Assembly: GCA_965222115.1 (NCBI GenBank)
Contig: CBDCTJ010000001.1
Span: 256,001-320,000 of the forward strand
Direction: 5' to 3'
Source of the DNA: Planctomycetota bacterium
GTDB taxonomy: Bacteria; Planctomycetota; PLA2; JAEUHO01
Length of the DNA stretch: 64,000 nt
Every line of letters starts with the position of its first letter. Within the stretch, counting starts at the first letter, position 1. Both the position numbers and the translations under genes were made by a program. Under the pieces are notes generated by a model. That model was given only the letters and a program-made list of their open reading frames with translations. It made no database searches and was not told the DNA's origin. Below, one piece after another: positions 57,810-64,000 of this stretch.

Positions 57810-58033
57810 GCTCGGGAGCATACCCGCGCATTCAGGTCCGCTCCCACGTCGTCGTCCAAGTAAGTTGCTTGTCGAAGTGGGTTGACCGATTGAGAGCCCT
57901 AGTTCTTCGAGTGCGCGTATGAAATCCTGAGCGAGGAGTTGCGAGGCAGGACCCGGCCTAGGCTCGCTCGGAATTCTGGCCCGAAATCGGTCCTGACAAC
58001 GCGTCTCAATTCCAATCGGGCCGGGATAGCATC

Positions 58034-58050
58034 TTGGGAACCATTCTCAA
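58034..58050. promoter_or_regulatory. Fur-family box upstream of the metal ABC operon
   Basis: TTGGGAA-CCA-TTCTCAA inverted repeat (1 mismatch) immediately after -10-like TAGCAT. Confidence 0.6.
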
Positions 58051-58073
58051 AATTGACGTAGGAGCACCACCCG

Positions 58074-59015
58074 ATGCCGTCACGCCAACCGGGCCTAGCC
58101 CGTGCCCTTTTCATCGCCCTCTGCGCCTGTCTCGCAGGCTGCGGCGGGGACGCGAAGACGTCCGATGGACTCCAGATTGTCGCGACAACAGGCCACATCA
58201 ATGATGCTCTGCAGGCCATTACCGAGGGAACACCGGCGCAGATTAAGTTGCTCTGCGGCCCCGGGGTTGACCCGCATAGCTATAGTGCCAGCACGGGTGA
58301 TGTGAAGGCGATGGAGGCTGCGGACCTGATTGTCTACAACGGATTTCACCTTGAGGCGCAACTTGAAGGTCTCTTGAAAGACACGTTTAAGGGGAAGTCG
58401 TGGTCGATGGCTTCGGCGTTCCCAAACGAACAACGACTGGACTGGGTCGAGGATGGCGCGATTGACCCCAATGCACCGTTCGATCCGCACATCTGGAACC
58501 ACTTGGCGGGATGGGCGACTTGCGTTGAGGCCTTGGCGAAGCATCTTGGCGCAGCCAGCCCGAAAAACGCTGAGCGCTTCGAAACAAATGGCAAAGCGTA
58601 TGCCAAGAACGTTCGAGATGCCCACGACTGGGCGAAGGAAGCGCTCGCGGCGATTCCAGAAGATCGGCGCTTCTTGGTGAGCGGTCACGATGCGTTCAAC
58701 TACTTCGCCAAAGCGTACGGCTTGGATACCGTGGCAGTGTTGGGCGTAGGAAACGATCAAGAGGCGGATATTCAGACGATGAAGAGCGTCGCCAAAACGA
58801 TTGCCGATCGAAAGGTGCCTGTGATCTTCATGGAATCGCTTACGAATCCAAAGATTACAAAGGCGCTCCAGGAGGCTTCCGAGAGCCTCGGATGGAAGGT
58901 GAAAATCGCCGACGACACACTCTATTCAGACGATCTAGGTGAGTCGGCACCACAGAGCACGTACCTCGGCGCGTTTCGCTCCAATGTCGAGCTGATACAG
59001 CGCGCCCTCAAGTAA
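58074..59015 (+). CDS. Metal ABC transporter substrate-binding lipoprotein (TroA/MntA-like)
   Basis: Lipobox LAGC; 'GVDPHSY', 'DPHIW', 'HDAFNYF', 'LYSD'. Confidence 0.93.
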   Translation: MPSRQPGLARALFIALCACLAGCGGDAKTSDGLQIVATTGHINDALQAITEGTPAQIKLLCGPGVDPHSYSASTGDVKAMEAADLIVYNGFHLEAQLEGLLKDTFKGKSWSMASAFPNEQRLDWVEDGAIDPNAPFDPHIWNHLAGWATCVEALAKHLGAASPKNAERFETNGKAYAKNVRDAHDWAKEALAAIPEDRRFLVSGHDAFNYFAKAYGLDTVAVLGVGNDQEADIQTMKSVAKTIADRKVPVIFMESLTNPKITKALQEASESLGWKVKIADDTLYSDDLGESAPQSTYLGAFRSNVELIQRALK

Positions 59016-59039
59016 CTGAGTAGCCAAAGGTCCCGCGCC

Positions 59040-59789
59040 ATGACGCCCGCCGGCGAACCTCTCGCCCTCTGCATCAAAGGTCTCACCGTTGCGTACCAGG
59101 GTGACCCCGTGTTATGGGACGTCGATCTGAATGTTTCCCAAGGTTGCATCATGTGTATTGCGGGTCCCAACGGGGCAGGCAAGACGACCTTTTTGCTTGC
59201 TGCACTTGGCCTGCTGGATCCGCTCGCTGGGCAAATCGAGGTTTTCGGCAAACAACTAAATGAGGTGCGCCAACGCATCGCCTACGTTCCGCAACGCAGA
59301 AGCGTGGATTGGGACTTTCCAACGACCGTCATGGACGTCGTGCTCATGGGAACCTACGGACGACTGGGGTGGTTCCGCCGTCCGGGCAAGAGGGAACGCG
59401 CGGATGCCACCGAGGCGCTCAAGCTCGTCGAGATGCAGGACTATGCAACGCGGCAAATCAGCGCCCTCTCCGGTGGTCAACAGCAGCGTGTGTTCTTGGC
59501 TCGGGCGTTTGCGCAACACGCGGATCTGTTGTTGATGGACGAACCGTTCGCGGGCGTTGACGCCAAGACCGAACGCGCCATTGTGCGTCTCCTACACGGC
59601 TTGCGCAACGAAGGCAAGACGCTCTTGATCGTTCACCATGATCTGTCTACCGTCACCGAGTACTTTGATCACGTTGTGCTACTCAATCGTGAGGTCGTCG
59701 AATGCGGTCCCGTAGGAGAGGTCTTTAGCGAAGCAAATATCGAACGCACGTACGGCGGTGCGGTGCGGACCCCAGTGCCTCGTGCTTGA
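59040..59789 (+). CDS. Metal ABC transporter ATPase (TroB-like)
   Basis: GPNGAGKT, 'YVPQRRSVDWDFP', LSGGQQQR, DEPF. Confidence 0.95.
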   Translation: MTPAGEPLALCIKGLTVAYQGDPVLWDVDLNVSQGCIMCIAGPNGAGKTTFLLAALGLLDPLAGQIEVFGKQLNEVRQRIAYVPQRRSVDWDFPTTVMDVVLMGTYGRLGWFRRPGKRERADATEALKLVEMQDYATRQISALSGGQQQRVFLARAFAQHADLLLMDEPFAGVDAKTERAIVRLLHGLRNEGKTLLIVHHDLSTVTEYFDHVVLLNREVVECGPVGEVFSEANIERTYGGAVRTPVPRA

Positions 59790-60699
59790 CATCCTCGGTG
59801 ATCACACGTTTCAGATTGTCTGTCTGGGCACGGCGCTCATCGGCGCAACAAGTGGCGCCTTAGGATGCTTTTCCTACCTTCGACGGCAGGCACTCATTGG
59901 CGACGTCGTCTCGCATGCGTCACTGCTTGGCATCGTAGGCGCGTTCGCCTTGAGCGCACTATGGACGGGTACAGGGAGTAAGTCGCTGGTGGTGCTCATC
60001 CCGGGCGCACTAGCTGCGGGAATCGCAGCCCTCTTGCTAACGCGACTGATTACGACCCGCACACGCGTCAAAGAAGACGCGGCACTGGGTGTCATGTTAG
60101 CCGTGTTCTTCGGCACCGGCATTTTGCTCCTGCGCGTCGTTCAGCGCTCGCCCTCAATCTCGGGCCACGCAGCTCTTGAAGATTACGTGTTCGGTTTGGC
60201 AGCCGCGCTCACCAAGGGTGATCTGCTAATGATCTCGGTATTGGGCGCCCTAGCAATCGGCACCATGATCTTGCTGTGGGGCGTGCTTAAGCTCCGCACA
60301 TTCGACGGCGCCTTTGCACAGAGCCTCGGTTTTAATGCAAAACGCCTGGACACAATCCTAATCGTTCTCCAAGTCATGGGTATTGTGATCGGTATTCACG
60401 CAGTAGGCGTCGTGCTCATGATTGCGCTACTCGTAACGCCCGCAAGCGCCGCACGACAATGGACGCGGTCACTCCACACGATGGTGATTCTGTCCGCGGT
60501 GTTTGGCGCCATCTCTGGCGCTATGGGCTCGCTACTTAGTGCCGCGTACAAGAACGCACCTACGGGACCGATGATTGTCCTCACCGCCACCGCCATATTG
60601 GTCGTGTCTATCCTCTTTGCACCGAAACGTGGAATCATTGCGCGTTTCCGCCTCCACCAGAGACGCAAGCGCGCGCTCGTCGCGGGGAGAAGCGTCTAG
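59782..60699 (+). CDS. Metal ABC transporter permease (TroC-like)
   Basis: 'LIGDVVSHASLLG', 'KEDAALG', 'PASAARQWT'. Confidence 0.92.
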   Translation: MLDILGDHTFQIVCLGTALIGATSGALGCFSYLRRQALIGDVVSHASLLGIVGAFALSALWTGTGSKSLVVLIPGALAAGIAALLLTRLITTRTRVKEDAALGVMLAVFFGTGILLLRVVQRSPSISGHAALEDYVFGLAAALTKGDLLMISVLGALAIGTMILLWGVLKLRTFDGAFAQSLGFNAKRLDTILIVLQVMGIVIGIHAVGVVLMIALLVTPASAARQWTRSLHTMVILSAVFGAISGAMGSLLSAAYKNAPTGPMIVLTATAILVVSILFAPKRGIIARFRLHQRRKRALVAGRSV

Positions 60700-61787
60700 T
60701 GGGTATCGAATTTTGGACGTTGACAATATCGGTTGTGACCGGAGTTGCATGTTCGCTATGCGGTGTATTGTTGGTCTTGAAGCAAGAGTCTCTCGTGAGC
60801 GAAGGGCTCAGTCACGCCGTGCTTCCGGGGATCATCTTGGCCTTTATCGTGTTGCGGGATCGAAGCTCGCCGTTGCTGATTCTCTCGGCAGGGATCGCGG
60901 GACTCTTAATGGTCGTGCTGGTTCAGGCGTTGGCTCGGACGCGTTTGGTAAAGGACGACGCGGCACTGGGCATCGTGTTTCCCGCGTTGTTTAGCATTGG
61001 CGTCGTGTTGGCAAGCACGAAGCTCGGCAATACGCACTTTCACGCGCACTGCATCATTGATGGGAATCTTGCACTGACACCCCTTGACCGACTTGTGGTA
61101 GGAGGAAGCGATTGGGGACCGCGCCCCGCGTACGTCATGTTCGGCATACTGGTTTTGGTTTTGCTCTTCTTGGCCGCGTTCTTCAAAGAACTCAAACTTA
61201 TGGCCTTTGACCCCTCATTGGCGCGCCGCTTGGGCTTTCGGCCCGGACTGCTGCATATCGCGTGGCTCGGCATTGTGTCGCTCACTACAGTGAGTGCGTT
61301 TGAAGTTGCCGGATCGATTTTGGTCGTTGCGTTGATGATCACGCCACCAGCCGCAGCGTACCTCCTTTGTGATGACTTGAGGCGAATGATGATCGTCAGC
61401 GCGCTTCTGGGTGCATTGAGCGCCATTCTCGGTTTCTACCTCGGTCTGGCACTAGACATCTCGCCCACAGGTCCAATGTCTGCGGTTGCGGGCACAATCT
61501 TCCTTGTCGTGCTCTTCATCGCGCCAGGCCGCGGTCTGTTAGCGCGCGCCACGCATCGCAGGCAACAGCGGCAAGCCCTTCGAGACTGCGTGTTGCTGCA
61601 GCAGTTTCGGGAACAGGCGATGGATGAGCGCGACCTTGGTGCCCGATTGGCGTGGGATGCGGACGTCTTCTCACGCACGCTGGCAAGAGTGAGGCGTTCG
61701 GGCTGGGTAGAGCCATACGGGAAGCGGTGGCGATTGACACCCACTGGCGAGACGCGACTGAAGAGAGGACCTGAGTTCGCACCGTAA
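60699..61787 (+). CDS. Metal ABC transporter permease (TroD-like) with C-terminal winged helix
   Basis: 'EGLSHAVLPG', 'FKELKLMAFD', tail 'LGARLAW...LARVRRSGWV...WRLTPTG'. Confidence 0.92.
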   Translation: MGIEFWTLTISVVTGVACSLCGVLLVLKQESLVSEGLSHAVLPGIILAFIVLRDRSSPLLILSAGIAGLLMVVLVQALARTRLVKDDAALGIVFPALFSIGVVLASTKLGNTHFHAHCIIDGNLALTPLDRLVVGGSDWGPRPAYVMFGILVLVLLFLAAFFKELKLMAFDPSLARRLGFRPGLLHIAWLGIVSLTTVSAFEVAGSILVVALMITPPAAAYLLCDDLRRMMIVSALLGALSAILGFYLGLALDISPTGPMSAVAGTIFLVVLFIAPGRGLLARATHRRQQRQALRDCVLLQQFREQAMDERDLGARLAWDADVFSRTLARVRRSGWVEPYGKRWRLTPTGETRLKRGPEFAP

Positions 61788-61877
61788 TCCCCTCTGCCCA
61801 TCGAGAGGCGGTCACGCTTCGTTACGGCGCGATTCGCATACCCCGCAAGCCTTCCCATCGAGGTCGGTTGCACCGCC

Positions 61878-61920
61878 CGAATCCCGCAAATTTACACCCG
61901 GCACTTTTTTGCGGGATTCG
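61878..61920. terminator. 13-bp inverted repeat between convergent genes
   Basis: CGAATCCCGCAAA...TTTGCGGGATTCG. Confidence 0.6.
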
Positions 61921-61933
61921 CGGGTACGCGCTG

Positions 61934-63388
61934 CTAGTCGCCCTCTTTGTACTCGCCCAGCCACGAACGAAACTCGGTCTCGATACTCGCGAGGTCGGGG
62001 CCAAACAATCGATCAAAGTAGGCAATGGCATCGGTGGCATCACTGTGGTGACCGGGATGGTGGCCGGCCTTAGCGCCAAGTGCGGCACCACGACAGATCA
62101 TCTCGTAGCGCAGAAAACGCGAGCGGATCTCATCATCGGCGTGTTTGCGGAGGTAGCGGAAAAATGCCCACGACTGGTTGTAAAACATACGCGCACTCGA
62201 CTTGTTCTCGTTAATGAGCTTGAGCGCGTTGTCTTTCAGCATCTTCTTCAAGGGAATATAGTTGGCGTCGTCGCGCAAGGGTTCGATCAAGTGCGCGGAC
62301 ATACTTCCGCCCGCCGTGAGTTTCTTGCCGTCCCATGCAAACGTCCCGGGCCCGCCATACGTCTCGGCAAATCCTTCGGCGTACCAACTGGGAAAGATTG
62401 TGGGCGTCACGCCGTATTGATAGAGATGCGTCAACTCATGCAGCGCAATGCCGCGCACACTCTCCTCACCGCCGTCTTCACCGCTCACAATAGTGATAAA
62501 CGCGCCACTATCGGCAAGCCCCGCCGCCTTCTTATGGCTGCCGTGCCCCGCTGCATCGCAATAGGCCTCATAGTCCTTGCGTTTCTCGAAGATGAACATC
62601 CGCAGACGACGTGTGGGCCGCGCACCCATGTCGGCTTCCAGATAGGGCAAGAGCGCCGTACACATCGCCAAGTACGATTTTGCCTGATCGATACTGGTCT
62701 GTGAGCGAATCAAGACCTGATCATTGGCCGCCTCAAAGATGTCCTTGATCGAAGGGACCTTCTCTAGGAAGGCATCGCGAATGCATGGACGACCGTTGAT
62801 ATTGACGGCATCTTCGAGGAGCATCGTCGAGTATTTGGCGGGCACCTTGCCGAGGGCCATGACGACAAGCCCGTCCTTATCGACTTCCACATAGTCATCG
62901 CTAAGCCGAACGATGAATTTGAACTCGTCGAATGCTTCTTTCTCGATGCCCTTCTTGTCGGCCCACTTGGCGAGCTTGAGACGTTCCTTGAGATAGGTCT
63001 TGCGCGCCTTCTTCGCTCGCTTTTCATAGGCGCGAATCATGCCGCCCGACGGCTTCTTGAGTTTCTTCTTCCAGAACCCGTCATCGAGTCGACGCATGAT
63101 TGCAAGAATGCGCTGCGCCCACTGATTCTCGCCTTCGGAGACCTCGACGGCCTTGATGAATTCGGCAGCAGCTTGTTGCGTCAATCCGGCATCGCGGCAC
63201 CAAACGCCGACTTTGGCGTGGCGAGTGCCCGCTTCGCGCAACACGACGCGCTTCATTTCGCGGAGCTTCAGTCGATACTCGGCGGCCTTCTTGGGCTCTT
63301 CGAAGTCTCTGGCGTAACCGCTCCCCGCGAAAAGCGCAATACACACGAGTATCGCGGGCAGAAGGAACAGGTGAGACGTACTGCGCAT
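61934..63388 (-). CDS. Secreted gluzincin-type metallopeptidase (DUF1570-like)
   Basis: Signal peptide; 'ALHELTHLY', 'PSWYAEGFAE', 'FYNQSWAF'. Confidence 0.8.
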   Translation of the reverse strand: MRSTSHLFLLPAILVCIALFAGSGYARDFEEPKKAAEYRLKLREMKRVVLREAGTRHAKVGVWCRDAGLTQQAAAEFIKAVEVSEGENQWAQRILAIMRRLDDGFWKKKLKKPSGGMIRAYEKRAKKARKTYLKERLKLAKWADKKGIEKEAFDEFKFIVRLSDDYVEVDKDGLVVMALGKVPAKYSTMLLEDAVNINGRPCIRDAFLEKVPSIKDIFEAANDQVLIRSQTSIDQAKSYLAMCTALLPYLEADMGARPTRRLRMFIFEKRKDYEAYCDAAGHGSHKKAAGLADSGAFITIVSGEDGGEESVRGIALHELTHLYQYGVTPTIFPSWYAEGFAETYGGPGTFAWDGKKLTAGGSMSAHLIEPLRDDANYIPLKKMLKDNALKLINENKSSARMFYNQSWAFFRYLRKHADDEIRSRFLRYEMICRGAALGAKAGHHPGHHSDATDAIAYFDRLFGPDLASIETEFRSWLGEYKEGD

Positions 63389-63460
63389 TGGTTACCCCAC
63401 GAATACGAGGGGTAGTTTACACGACCGACGAGTCGAACAACCGATGAGTCAGATTTGTCG

Positions 63461-64000
63461 CTATCGAATGCCGTTCGCTTCGAAATGCTCTCGGAGCGCA
63501 GATACGCGGGCGCGTGCCTCGTCGCCTCGCTCCCACGCGCGGTCCACCGCGGCACGCGCGCCAGAGAAATTGCGGGCGCGGTACAGATAGTGGGCAGATA
63601 GGACATCGGCGGTGGCTTCATCCGCAGCCGACGACTCGATGTGATCCAATGCCTTGGTCACGACGGAGGCTTTTTTATCGTCAAGCACCGTGAACGTGGC
63701 GCGTACCGCTTGACGCGCCAACCCGTCGGCTGCCTTCATGATAACCGTATATCGACCGGGCTTGAGCGCGGGCGCACGCAAGGACGTACCGCGATGTTCT
63801 TGCTTCCATACGAGGTCATCCCCACGAATCTCAATTGCGCCGGTCGTAGCACCCTTCGGCAATTCCCATTGGAGTGTTTCGGGCGCTCTTAGGTAGTTGC
63901 CTCGCGGATACACCCAACGCCCTCCTCCACGCACAACGCCACTCATCGCCAACTCATCGTCTGCGACAAGTTCAAAATCACTAAATGCCTCCAATTCGGA
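63461..64000 (-). CDS. Hypothetical protein, 5'-truncated by the window edge
   Basis: Frame stays open to position 64000; beta-rich segment followed by a TPR-like helical end. Confidence 0.6.
   Translation of the reverse strand, partial: SELEAFSDFELVADDELAMSGVVRGGGRWVYPRGNYLRAPETLQWELPKGATTGAIEIRGDDLVWKQEHRGTSLRAPALKPGRYTVIMKAADGLARQAVRATFTVLDDKKASVVTKALDHIESSAADEATADVLSAHYLYRARNFSGARAAVDRAWERGDEARARVSALREHFEANGIR

Overview
GC-rich bacterial chromosomal segment, probably Planctomycetota-like. That taxonomy is inferred from the OmcB/DUF11 lipoprotein, the ECF sigma factors with membrane-anchored C-terminal extensions and the divergent RNase HII. Left to right it contains: the rtcBA-rtcR RNA-repair locus; a HEAT-protein / RHS-toxin / immunity island ending in an IS66 remnant; an FtsK-like gene with no motor, followed by rimO-pgsA-pgpA, a PP2C phosphatase and a MazG-like gene; a repeat cluster; a DUF11 lipoprotein, fhs and plsC; a tiny Trp-pentad lipoprotein paired with a secreted fibre-like protein; Fpg/Nei and imuA-imuB-dnaE2; two accessory gene blocks each bounded by direct repeats built from 29-nt CCWGG-centred palindromes; htpX, pepE, a second ECF fusion, a beta-carbonic anhydrase and a Tro-type metal ABC transporter. 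I saw no rRNA, tRNA or CRISPR array. The best candidates for undescribed biology are (1) the W-x4-W-x4-W lipoprotein plus 'AxEVNANF' fibre pair, (2) the motorless membrane-tethered FtsK with a histone-like tract, (3) the repeat-bounded cassettes, (4) the many in-frame 15-bp duplications in imuAB-dnaE2 and (5) the HEAT-RHS-putative RNase locus beside the Rtc system. All family calls are by-eye motif recognition; no searches were run.
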